Shown one piece after another: positions 1 through 11,264 of a DNA stretch of 64,000 nucleotides. The stretch comes from Octopus sinensis. Its lineage: Eukaryota. Location of the stretch: the NCBI RefSeq assembly GCF_006345805.1, contig NC_043000.1, positions 17,608,001-17,672,000 of the forward strand, read 5' to 3'. Positions within the stretch are counted from its first letter, which is position 1, and each line of letters opens with the position of its first letter. The translations under genes were made by a program, and so were the position numbers. Under the pieces are notes generated by a model. That model ran no database searches and was not told the origin of the DNA. It saw only the letters and a list, made by a program, of their open reading frames with translations.

Positions 1-211
1 TTAATCATTGGTATTTTATTGTTATTTTAATTTAAATATTTCTATTATATGTAATTTTATAGATGGTGTAATTTAATTGTTCATTTTGAATTGAAAAAAG
101 GTGGTTTTTTTCAAATTTTTATATATGTATATTATATTGTGTGAAATTTGATTTAGTATTTCTAAATTGAATTTTTTCCCTGTAAATTAGGATTAATATT
201 CCCTCAAATAA

Positions 212-250
<39 letters not shown>

Positions 251-612
251 AAATCCTTCAAGGTGGTGCCCCAGCATGGCTGCAGTCTAATGACTGAAAC
301 AAGTTAAAGATAAAAGGTAAAAACAAAGCTAATTGATGGATAACCTTGGAATTGCTTACTAACACACTTCATATATTGAGTAACAGATGTCCTCTTCTCT
401 AACTCGTTTAGTGTTGCTACAGTATCTTTTGCTCTTCAGAATTGGCTGACCTCATGTTACCTCTGCTCAGGCCTGTCCAACTCACTCATCTCTCCTTTTC
501 TGAGACTCTGGTGTTGTGTGTTTACCACGTTAAATGCCAAATCCAAACTATTCACCATGTCCAATCATTTTATCCAAATTGTTAACCCTCAAGAAATCCA
601 ACTGTGCCATTA

Positions 613-841
613 GGCGGCGAGCTGGCAGAATCATTAGCACGCTGGATGAAATGCGTAGCCGTATTTCGTCTGCCGTTATGTTCTGAGTTCAAATTCCGCT
701 GAGGTCGACTTTGCCTTTCATCCTTTCGAGGTCGATTAAATAAGTACCAGTTACGCACTGGGGTCGATGTAATCGACTTAATCCGTTTGTCTGTCCTTGT
801 TTGTCCCCTCTGTGTTTAGCCCCTTGTGGGCAATAAAGAAA
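613..841 (+). mobile_element. tRNA-derived SINE family B, full length (Meta/MESC-like central domain)
   Basis: A box GGCGAGCTGGCAGAA, B box GAGTTCAAATTCC, central GCCTTTCATCCTTTCGAGGTCGATTAAATAAGTACCAG, tail TTTAGCCCCTTGTGGGCAATAAAGAA; many copies in the window. Confidence 0.85.
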
Positions 842-966
842 CATATTATCTTTTAAAGTTTGGTACTTATTCTATGAGTCTTTGTTGCTGAACTGCTTAT
901 TAACAACAGCACCAGTTGTCAAGTGGTGGTGAGAGGCACACAGATACACACACACACGGAGATATA

Positions 967-1144
967 TCATCATCACTTAATGTCCATTGTCCATGCTGGC
1001 GTGAGCTGGATGGTTTGACCAGGGCTGGCAAGATGGAAGGCTCCACCAAACTCCAGTCTGATTTGGCATGGTTTCTATGGCTGGATGTCCTTTCTAATGC
1101 CAACCACTCAGAGAGTGTAATGGGTGCTTTTACGTGTCACTGGC
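967..1144 (-). mobile_element. 5'-truncated RTE LINE 3' end (family C), diverged
   Basis: Reverse complement matches the 3' UTR/(GAT)n tail of the RTE at 16991-18490. Confidence 0.75.
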
Positions 1145-1403
1145 ATGAGTGTCATATGTGTGACACCAGTATCTGCCACAACTGTGATTTTACTTGGCTT
1201 GATGGGTCTTCTTCTCAAGCACGACATATATATATATATATATACACAATTCCAGCATGGAAGGTGTTTATAAGCCATTTAAAAAGACACAAAAAAAACG
1301 TTAGATTCTCTTCAACATTTAAATTTAATTTGTCAAAATATTTTTGTCACCTTGAAACCGTGACCTGTTCACTGACAAAATTCCATGCTACAACAGACTT
1401 CAT

Positions 1404-1540
1404 TTAGATTCCATCTACCAAATCTACTCACACAAAACTTTGCTCAGCCTGCGACTACAGTGCAAGACACTTGCCCAAGGTGCAACGCAGTGGGACTGAA
1501 CCTGGAACCATGTTATTGGGAAGTAAATTTCTTGCCACAC
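1404..1540 (-). mobile_element. SINE family A head fragment
   Basis: AAGACACTTGCCCAAGGTGCAACGCAGTGGGACTGAACC is the reverse complement of the B box/CORE segment. Confidence 0.75.
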
Positions 1541-2329
1541 GACATATCTCAAAATGCACCCCAGGAAACTAATACAAGTAAAATTTTCATAGCGATAACA
1601 ACTCATCTCTGAAATACAAAACAGACAATGACAGCATCCTACTCTCCATTTGCAGCAGACAATAATAGTTCAGTTCCAGCAAAAACTTAGTAAGTCATGG
1701 CCATTATTTCAGTGATTAATAGTAATGACTGTATTACTGTACAAAGAGCAGACTTCAGATTAAACTTCCTGCAGCTGATACAGAGGAAGGACTACTAATA
1801 GTTTCTTATTAACAACAGATTTCTTGCATATGCAAATGACAACAACAGCAACGAAAACAATTTGACCCTCATAAATAGACACTTGACCTGTTCTGCTCTG
1901 TATCACTTTTAAGGCAGACACACATTCAAAGCCAGAACTATCTTTCAAAGCTGCAATCTCTGCTGATGCCTTAGTTATTCATTTATTTATCTATTTATTG
2001 TGAAATAAATTGTTTTTACCCTTTCTTTTTCTCCTTCTATCTTATGTTGCAGTCTGTTTGTTGTTGTTGTTGTTACTATTAAGTCCCCAGGTGGTAGGAT
2101 GAGATTTTGATGCTATTTTTACAAGGTCAAGTGATTCTGTATTATGCATATATATTACACAGACACACACACACAGACACACACACAATCAAACCAAACA
2201 CGTCCTTGGACAAAGACAAAAATATATATCACAAACAAACAGTTATATAACTATTAAGGTGTATATATATATATATAATATATATATATATTAATAAATC
2301 ACATATGCATAATATAAACATATATGTAC

Positions 2330-2488
2330 GTACCTACCTCTACATGTATATATACACGCATCTATGAGTACAGGACACCAAAAGGACGTCGAACACATGA
2401 GAAACGAAAACATAGACACAAACCCAAGGAACTGGACATTTTTTTAAACAACAAAAAATAGAGTACAATTAACACAAAGAAAAAACCC

Positions 2489-2490
<2 letters not shown>
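2330..2490 (-). mobile_element. Dispersed repeat, probable Penelope-like pLTR remnant (family P2)
   Basis: Reverse complement matches 62050-62245; related pieces at 33030-33095 and 33630-33725. Confidence 0.55.
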
Positions 2491-2521
<31 letters not shown>

Positions 2522-2775
2522 CATCATTGTTTAACGCCTGCTTTCCATGCTAGCATGGGTTGGACGATTTGACTGAGGTCTGGCGAACCAGATGGCTGCA
2601 CCAGACTCCAATCTGATCTGGCAGAGTTTCTACAGCTTGATGCCCTTCCTAATGCCAACCACTCTGAGAGTGTAGTGGGTGCTTTTACATGTCACCGGCA
2701 CGAAGGCCAGTCAGGCGGTACTGGCAATGGCCATGCTCAAATGGTGCTTTTTATGAACCACCAGCACAGGAGCCA
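2491..2775 (-). mobile_element. RTE 3' end (family C)
   Basis: (CAT)n-TGTTTAACGCCTGCTTTCCATGCTAGCATGGGTTGG matches the RTE tail. Confidence 0.85.
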
Positions 2776-3262
2776 GTCCAGTGGTGGAAATGGATGCACA
2801 ATTCTAAAGAAGAGGTTTCATGATGTCACAAAAGATAACCTTAAGATTTTCAACATTTAGTTTTGTATTGAGAGAGTCACAACTTTTGTACTACACACAT
2901 GTGATTAGAATGTCACAGAAACGAATTGCATGACAGATTCTTCAAGCTGAGCCAACTGGGGTATGATTTAAGGGTGGACCAAGAATGAGATGGTGGGATA
3001 GTATCCACAGTCTCAGTTGGTCGTGCTTGGGAATCCAGCAGGAAAGTCTAATGATAGTTGATTCTTAAAAGATCCTATGGATGGATGTATGGATGCATGC
3101 ATGTGTGTATGTATGGATGAATGTATGTATGGATGTATGGATGGATAGATTGATAGATAGATGGATGGATGTTACTGGGAATATCTCACTGAGTAGGAGT
3201 GAAAGACTGTTTGTAGGTAGGAAGAACAACCTGCAGTTAGAGAAAAATTGAATCGCTCGTCA

Positions 3263-3650
3263 GGCGCAGGAGTGGCTGTGTGGTAAGTAGCTTGCTAACC
3301 AACCACATGGTTCCTTTGCGTGGCATCTTGGGCAAGTGTCTTCTACTATAGCCTCAGGCTGACCAATGCCTTGTGAGTGGATTTGGTAGATGGAAACTGA
3401 AAGAAGCCTGTCGTATATAGTATATATATATATATGCGTGTGTATGTTTGTGTGTCTGTGTTTGTCCCCCTAGCATTGCTTGACAACCGATGCTGGTGTG
3501 TTTACGTCCCCGTCACTTAGTGGCTCGGCAAAAAGAGACCGATAGAATGAGTACTGGGCTTACAAAGAATAAGTCCCGGGGTCGATTTGCTCGACTAAAG
3601 GCGGTGCTCCAGCATGGCCGCAGTCAAATGACTGAAACAAGTAAAATAAA
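3263..3650 (+). mobile_element. Composite tRNA-CORE SINE family A (OR1/OR2-like), near full length
   Basis: Head GGCGCAGGAGTGGCTGTGTGGTAAG, CORE-like TTGGGCAAGTGTCTTCTACTATAGCC, internal (TA)n/(TG)n, tail GGTGCTCCAGCATGGCCGCAGTCAAATGACTGAAACAAGTAAAA. Confidence 0.9.
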
Positions 3651-4055
3651 AAAAATTTTTTAAATAGCATAATGCCTGAAAACTGCAAGCTGTTTTATGA
3701 GGCAGTGTGTCCAGAGATGATCTTGCCTCAACTGTTTGCAGTTGCTTTACGCATTCAAAATGCCTGCTTTGTTGCCCATGAAAAGTCGCATCAAGAGGTT
3801 CTCACATGTTTATATGCTTACATTTCCATTTGCTCCATACAAGCACTTTGTCCTTGGTATTCAAACATGTGCTTATCTACTGCCAAGCTGAAAAATCTTT
3901 TTTTGGATGAATGTAGTTGATGAAGCCTTTGATCAACTCCCATGCCGCCTTTGCTGGTTCTAGGCAGTAATTTAAGGGCCCATGGCAGAAGAAATGATAT
4001 ATCTGCAACAAGAAAATAGTTATACTCAAAATCAAGTTCACACACACACAATATG

Positions 4056-4141
<86 letters not shown>

Positions 4142-4184
4142 CATGTGTGTGTATATATATTTATATATATATATAATCGCCATG

Positions 4185-4390
4185 TTGATTTGCTAGCTTC
4201 TGCGCGCATTTTTTTTCTCTCCTTGTTTCTCTCCGTGTTTCTTTTCTGTGTATCTTTCTGTTGAAGAGCGTAGGCTCGAAACGTAAAAGACTTGTTTTAT
4301 TTATATTCCTGAGCGCCATACTAATACAATTGTTTGTTTGTATTCCACCTGCCTTCGTCTTTTGTTTATTTTCATAAAGCTTCCTGTTAT
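4185..4390 (+). mobile_element. Penelope-like pLTR remnant (family P1) carrying a hammerhead-like motif
   Basis: Five copies in the window (4185, 19165, 23860, 27168, 61778 on minus); contains CTGTTGA-A-GAGC GTAG GCTC-GAAACGTA; Penelope assignment is inferred from the motif. Confidence 0.6.
4253..4290 (+). ncRNA. Minimal type I hammerhead-like motif, loop-less stem III, U6 core variant
   Basis: Stem I TCTTT/AAAGA, core CTGTTGA plus extra A, stem II GAGC/GCTC, GAAAC-GTA cleavage site. Confidence 0.55.
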
Positions 4391-4460
4391 ATATATATAT
4401 ATATATATGGAAAAAAAAGTCAAGGTAGAAAATGCTAAAATAATTTTATAAAAAACATTT

Positions 4461-4496
4461 CAGTACCGGTTTCAGTCATTGAGACTTTTTCAACTG
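4461..4496 (-). ncRNA. Minimal type I hammerhead-like motif, U3-A8 core variant
   Basis: Minus strand reads CAG-TTGAAAA-AGTC TCAAT GACT-GAAAC-CG-GTA-CTG. Confidence 0.55.
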
Positions 4497-5889
4497 TAAG
4501 TATGGAAAACAATTAAATTTTGGAAAAATTTAAAGAAAAGTTTTTTAAAAGAATATTTGCATAATGTTCAAATACAAGGGGCATTTTCCTTGTTTCTGCC
4601 TGTTTCTGTCTCTCTTGTTTACTCTTGTGGTTTTGAGGTCGTTTTATATATATATATATATATATTTGAAGTTTAGATCTTTGTCTGCTCTGACTGAGCA
4701 GGTTTATGCTCAAAGGCGCTCTATTTATAACAATTGCGTCTGCACTTCTTATCTACTCAGTGTATGTATCTAGGGTACAGTATTCTTTGTCCTTGCCCTT
4801 TGTAAGTAAATAAAGTATGATTTGAGTGAGATTGGGTTATTATTCCTAGCATGTCGCGCAAAAGACAGACAGACGCTTCCTCGGTAATCTTTCAACTGCG
4901 TAAAAAAAAACTGATTGTTAACGGTCATTTTCCAAAAATAAATAAATTTAAAAAAATAACTGTCACGTGAAGAGCTATAATATTAAATTATTAATCAAGA
5001 AAAAAAGTGAAAAAAAAAAAATAAAAGGAATTGCATGTACATGAGTTATCTATGCACACAAATACTGAATGTCAAGTTACTACGTTTGTATTATAATATT
5101 CCATTTTTTCCCTTCTTTCCTATCAGTGTGACCTTCTAATATCAACAATGAAATGACCTTTAACCCTCCTAACACAGTTGCCTAGCACTAAGTAGTCAAC
5201 AGACTCAGCGGAGACCTCCCAGAGTGCTTCTATCGTAAGAAACAAACCAGATTAATTTTTTATTTACACACGTCTTTATCAGGAAACTTCAATCAATGTT
5301 GCCTACTAATTAACCCGAATAGAAAATCTGGCAGAAAATAAATAGATAAAATTATATATATATGTATATATACGCACAAAAAGAAAGAAAAAAAACACTG
5401 AATGATTAACGAATAAAAAACTTTTAATTGAAACTTGTAGCAAGTTTTCAACTATTCAAGAAAGGTTTAAATAGGATATCAAAAAATAATAACAACATTT
5501 ATAATTTCATGAAATATATTTTTTTTAAATGTAGCTTGAAAACGAAATCTTAATTCTTGTATTTAATTGCTGAAGAAATAAATATAAAAAAAATTATAAA
5601 AATAAATGCTTAATACAAAAACCAAGTAGCAAATGACTATCTGATTTAGTGAAATCCCTTCCTGTTCAAGATTTTGGCAAACTTCTTGTATAGAAAGAAT
5701 CAATATATAATGGTGTACAATCTAAAATACGAGACAGTTAAGCTATAAATGAAATACAATTATTTTGGTGGTAATGGAAGTGGCGGACGAGTAGTTAGGG
5801 ACAGTTTCCTTGTTATATTTTATTTGCATTGCAAAAAAAAATATGATGATTTGTTCATTTACATATATATAGTCATTTATTTTTAATTT

Positions 5890-6076
5890 ATATCTACACA
5901 CACAAACACACACACATATACATATGTATATACACGCATACATATACATATATACATACACACAGATATTTTTACATTCATACATACATACATACACACA
6001 TATATATGTATGTATATATATGTGTGTATACACACACACACAAACACACAAACAAATACATATACATATGTATATA

Positions 6077-6114
<38 letters not shown>

Positions 6115-6226
6115 TACATACACACATATATATGTATGTATATATATGTGTGTATACACACACACACAAACACACATACAAACAAATACATATACATATG
6201 TATATATATATGAATATATATATAAT

Positions 6227-6268
<42 letters not shown>

Positions 6269-6443
6269 CATATACATATACATACACACATACATATACT
6301 TTTACATACGTACACACATATATGCATTAATCCTTAAAAATGTTTTAGCCCGAAGGCCACGGCCATGCTGGGGCACCACCGCATGTATATATATATATGT
6401 GTGTATACACACATGCACAAACACATACACACAAACACACACA

Positions 6444-6477
<34 letters not shown>

Positions 6478-6480
6478 ACA
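5890..6480. repeat. Compound (TA)n/(CA)n/(TACA)n microsatellite
   Basis: Direct reading; source of the spurious YI/CV ORFs. Confidence 0.95.
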
Positions 6481-7087
6481 CATATACACTGTTTCTGAAA
6501 ATAGCACAATCAGAACACCATCATTTTCATCATTATTACCATTATTACCATGTCCTTCATCACCAGTTGTTACCAACACCACACAATTCGCCTCCTTCTC
6601 CTCCTTACCATCATCATCATCATCATCATCAACAGCAGCAGCATTATCATCCCAATTGACTTCATCAATATCTACATCATCAATACCTTCAGAACAACCA
6701 TTTACAGCTGGAGATAATAGTTAGTGTTGCTGCTTCTACTGATGTTGTTGTTGTTGTTGCTGTTGTTCTAGGTTAGCCCCATTTAAGCAGACCCATGATT
6801 AATCCTTTAGCATAATGTTTCCCAAACTATTTCCCCCTCAGGCCTCACTATAACTTTCCTAAAAAATGTATGCCTCACCAGTAGTTGGAAAAAAGGTATA
6901 TGTGTTGGATGGAGGCGGTTGGATGGAACCTACACTCGCCTCCTTATAATAATAATATAATAATAATAATTGTGTACAGTGCTCAGGTGCACTACAACGC
7001 ATCTAAAGTGTATATATAATCAGGTGTATTTTTGGCGGATTTCGGAAAGCATGAGGGCCTTAAAGGATGCAGTGTCATGGCAGTCAA

Positions 7088-7425
7088 CAATGAGAGCTCA
7101 AAATCTCTCGTTGAAGCACCATCCAACCAAAATGCAAATACATGGGAAACTAGCACCTGTGTCATCTCTTGTGAAAGGTAGGAGAGTCCAGTTTGCTGGA
7201 CATTGTTGTAGAGCTGAAAAAGAAGTAATTTCTACTCTTCTCCTCTGGAAGCCATCTACTCGCAGTACCAGAGGGCGCACACTCTCCTACCCTGATGTAA
7301 TCTCCAGGGATACAGGCATCCAGCAACAGGACCTCCGTAATGCCATGATGGACCGTGAAGTCTGGTGTAGCATGGTAAATTCCATTGTCTCGACCACGGT
7401 CGAACAATGATGATGATGATGATAT
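7088..7425 (+). mobile_element. RTE LINE ORF2 C-terminal fragment with (GAT)n tail (second RTE family)
   Basis: RRVQFAGHCCRAEKEVISTLLLWK...RGRTLSYPDVISRDTG...DREVW is an RTE-type C-terminus; ends TCGACCACGGTCGAACAA(TGA)n. Confidence 0.85.
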
Positions 7426-7864
7426 GTGTAGTAAGTTTGCTGTGAAAAAAAAGATATTCACAATTCCTTGTTCAACTAAAAACAGAAAAAGCAGAAAAAA
7501 TTTAGATCCTACACCCCACAACAGTCTTGTCAGGCATGTGCCCCACATTGAAAATCACCGGTCTAGGATTGAAACCAACTATATCCTGCCCAAACATGTT
7601 TTATGTTCAAACTACCCAGATCTGATCTCTCACACCTATCCTACAATGTCATTCTAAAAATAAACAGATGTAACTGTGTGGTGAGAAGTTTGCTTCCCAA
7701 CCACATGGTTCCAGGTTCAGTCCCACTGCATGGCACCTTGGGCAAGTATCTTCTACTATAGCCTTAGGCCAACAAAAGCCTTGTGAGTGGATTTAAGAGA
7801 TGGAAACTGAAAGAAACCCATTGCATATACACACACACACACATTTATATATATATGTATACAT

Positions 7865-8470
7865 ATACCCAGGCCTATTCCCCATTTTTTTTCGTAGCAG
7901 GTAGCCACAACAAGACATACATTAAGCATTCCATTCATTTCTCAGCTCAAAGAGGTGAGCCCTGTCCTATGCTTGGGTCAAAGCATAGAATGCAACCCCC
8001 AATATCAGCAGCGGGGCCTGACAGCATCATGCTGGTTTACCCCTGCCGCATCATGCTGGTTCCGTACCCCTTTGAGCAACATCAAATTCACTCATCCAAG
8101 CTTTCCTATAATTTATAAACTCTCTTGCCTCTCTCATTCCATCACCTCTAGCCACCGAAGCTTTCCTCACTCCATCCATCCATCCATCCACACAAACCAA
8201 GATCTGCCTCTGGTTTTGCTGCCTACCACTTCTGCTTTTATCGCCCTCCTTACCAGCCGCCCTTCATCAATCCTCTCCATGTGGCCAAACCACATGTGGC
8301 CAAACTTCATCTACCCATTTTGGTTGTTAGTTTTTCTCTCATTCATGCTCGCCTTCACACCTCCTCATTCCTCATCCTGTCCATTCATGTCACACCAACC
8401 ATAGCCCTCTAACATCTCATCTCAAATGCATCTAGTTGCCTCCTTTTCACCTCTCTCAGCCTCCATGTCT
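7865..8470 (-). mobile_element. Decayed RTE LINE 3' fragment inserted in the microsatellite of a SINE A copy (head 7668-7830, 3' half 8500-8740)
   Basis: Minus-strand translation gives KRRQLDAFEMRC and WFGHMERIDEGRLVRRAIKAEVVGSKTRGR. Confidence 0.75.
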
Positions 8471-8800
8471 CTACATCATATAACATGTATGTATGCATGT
8501 ATATATCTATGTGTGTGTGTGTCTTGGTGTCTCTGTTTGTCCCCCACCACAACTGGTGCTTGTGTTTTTATATCCCTGTAACTTAATGGTTCAGCAAAAT
8601 AGACCAACAGAGCAAGTACTAGGCTTAGAAAGAAAGAAAGTCCTAAGTTCGATTTGTTTGACTAAAATCCCTCAAGGTAGTACCACAGCATGGCCGCAGC
8701 CAAATGACTGTAACAGGCAAAAGATAAAAGATAAAAGAACCACGTTGTTAAAATCTCAAGCCTACAAGATAATGCATTATTAAAACAATATGAATATATA

Positions 8801-9200
8801 GGCGCAGGAGTGGCTGTGTGGTAAGTAGCTTGCTAACCAACCACATGGTTCCAGGTTCAGTCCCACTGCGTGGCATCTTGGGCAAGTGTCTTCTGCTTTA
8901 GCCCCGGGCCGACCAATGCCTTGTGAGTGGATTTAGTAGACGGAAACTGAAAGAAGCCTGTCGTATATATGTATATATATGTGTATGTATGTGTGTGTTT
9001 GTGTGTCTGTGTTTGCTCCCCTAGCATTGCTTGACAACCGATGCTGGTGTGTTTACGTCCCCGTCACTTAGCGGTTCGGCAAAAGAGACCGATTTGAATA
9101 AGTACTGAGCTTACAAAAGAATAAGTCCCGGGGGTCGATTTGCTCGACTAAAGGCGGTGCTCCAGCATGGCCACAGTCAAATGACTGAAACAAGTAAAAA
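8801..9200 (+). mobile_element. SINE family A, full length
   Basis: Complete head, CORE, microsatellite and tail. Confidence 0.9.
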
Positions 9201-9748
9201 GAAAAAAAAAAAGAAAAAAAGGATATAAAGCATTACATTTGACAGAGAAATCTGAGCGCTAAAGAGTTAAAGGTATCCCAGCTGTCTCCATCTCACTTTA
9301 TTTCCAGACATAAGAAATGAAAAATGATATTATTCAATACTATTTCCCAGTTTTGATTTAAACTGACAATAAGATATATATTTCAGGGAGATTTGGCTGA
9401 TATTTCTAGCAGGTCAAGTGACCACATAGAGATTCCCCTGTTGGGTCATAGAAGCACAAGTTGTTTGGGATTGGTTCTGAGGGACATGACATTGGATTTG
9501 CTCTGCAACTGAAAACAGTAAATAAGGAGTGCATCCTGCCATTGAAGTCCTACATTGATGTATAATAAAATACAGAGCACAGCTTTGAGAAGAATGGGAA
9601 AAATACTATAAACTTGTGTGTGTGTGTGTGTTGTGTGTGTGCATGTGCACATGTGTGTGTCTGTCTGAGTCAATATATTTGTGACTAAGTGCTTGTTTGC
9701 ATGAATGCATATGTGTCTGAGTGAATGAGTGAATTTGTATATGTGTGA

Positions 9749-9783
<35 letters not shown>

Positions 9784-10320
9784 AGAGCGAGAGAGAGAGT
9801 CAATATATATGTAACTGGCTAAACATGTATGTATGAATGAGTGAATGTATGTGTACGGGTGAGTGTGTATACGTATATGCGTATGCGTGTGTGTGAGTCA
9901 ATATAATGTGACTGGCCAAGTGTATACGAGTTTGAGTGAAAGCGTGCATGTGTATGGTGTGTGTGTGTGTCAGATTGAATGTGAGTATGAATGTGTAAGT
10001 GTATGTGCGTATGTCCAAGTGTGTGTCTGAGTGTATGCGTTTGTATGTGTGTGTAAACACATAGTCTCTTTGTGTGTGTATGTGTGCATGTGTGTGTATA
10101 TATCTGGGTGTTTGCATGCCCATGTGTTTGTTGCGACTGCTATATACACTAACATCCTAGACCACTACTAAAGGAAGGCCATCTGACTGATTAGTAAAGA
10201 CACTCAGCATTATACTACAACTACTGACTAAGCTCTCAGATATAATGTCTCTTCTCTCTTCCTCGACTACTGCTACTGTAATGGCCTCTGCCCCTCTGAA
10301 TCAGCTTCACACAATTCCAT

Positions 10321-10482
10321 TGTGGTCATGCTGGAGCACCGCCTTTAGTCGAGCAAATTGACCCCCGGGACTTATTCTTTTGTAAGCTCAGTACTTATTC
10401 TATCGGTCTCTTTTGCCGAACCGCTAAGTGACGGGGACGTCAACACACCAGCATCGGTTGTCAAGCAATGCTAGGGGGACAA

Positions 10483-10537
<55 letters not shown>

Positions 10538-10697
10538 TACGACGGGCTTCTTTCAGTTTCCGTCTACCAAATCCACTCACAAGGCATTGGTCGGCCCGGG
10601 GCTATAGCAGAAGGCACTTGCCCAAGATGCCACGCAGTGGGACTGAACCCGGAACCATGTGGTTGGTAAGCGAGCTACTTACCACACAGCCACTCCT
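10321..10697 (-). mobile_element. SINE family A
   Basis: Reverse complement of the consensus; tail slightly truncated. Confidence 0.9.
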
Positions 10698-10717
10698 CCT
10701 CATCTTTCCATATCAGC

Positions 10718-11264
10718 CCTTCTCCTAAGCACTTTTTTTTCTTTTCACAGTCATTCCTTCCTAAAGCTGTTGTCCCCTACAAATCCGTATTCTAAATACA
10801 TCTTTCCTGTAGAGATTAATATAATGTGTTGGTGTATCTAAGGCGACATGGTTAGAGTAAGTATGGTAAGAAAACAGGATGATGTCTTTAGTTAGGGAAC
10901 ATAGTAAACAAGATTTTAAAAAATAAAATTAAATGTGACTGTGTGGTAAGAGCTTGCCAGGTTCAGTCCCACTTCGTGGCAACTTGGGCTACCTTCTCCT
11001 AAGCACTTTTTTTCTTTTCACAGTCATTCCTTCCTAAAGCTGTTGTCCCCTACAAATCCGTATTCTAAATACATCTTTCCTGTAGAGATTAATATAATGT
11101 GTTGGTGTATCTAAGGCGACATGGTTAGAGTAAGTATGGTAAGAAAACAGGATGATGTCTTTAGTTAGGGAACATAGTAAACAAGATTAAAAAAATAAAA
11201 TTAAATGTGACTGTGTGGTAAGAAGCTTGCCAGGTTCAGTCCCACTTCGTGGCAACTTGGGCTA
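10718..11264. repeat. Near-identical tandem duplication, 2 x about 274 bp
   Basis: CCTTCTCCTAAGCACTTTT...AACTTGGGCTA at 10718-10991 and 10992-11264. Confidence 0.9.

Larger units (their letters stand above)
7570..9270 (+). mobile_element. piggyBac-like MITE split into three pieces (about 7570-7665, 8745-8800, 9222-9270) by nested insertions
   Basis: Pieces are colinear with the intact copies at 20945-21174 and 30122-30350; right end CTAAAGAGTTAA. Confidence 0.65.

Noticed and set aside
3263-3340. tRNA-like heads of SINE A, B and D
   Set aside because: No complete cloverleaf; always followed by a SINE body
5743-6724. Long ORFs rich in YI, CV, HT (also 12549-13179, 30202-30798, 31476-32433, 40023-40432, 42069-42538, 62972-63529)
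   Set aside because: Translations of (TA)n, (CA)n and (TACA)n microsatellites, which lack stop codons in most frames
6970-7087. N-terminal part of ORF 6970-7410 as RTE coding sequence
   Set aside because: No RTE motifs; appears to be a separate minus-strand element end with an (ATT)n tail
10468-10728. Recurrent short peptides such as YSRRHLPKMPRSGTEPGTMW that look like a gene family
   Set aside because: Antisense reading of SINE A copies
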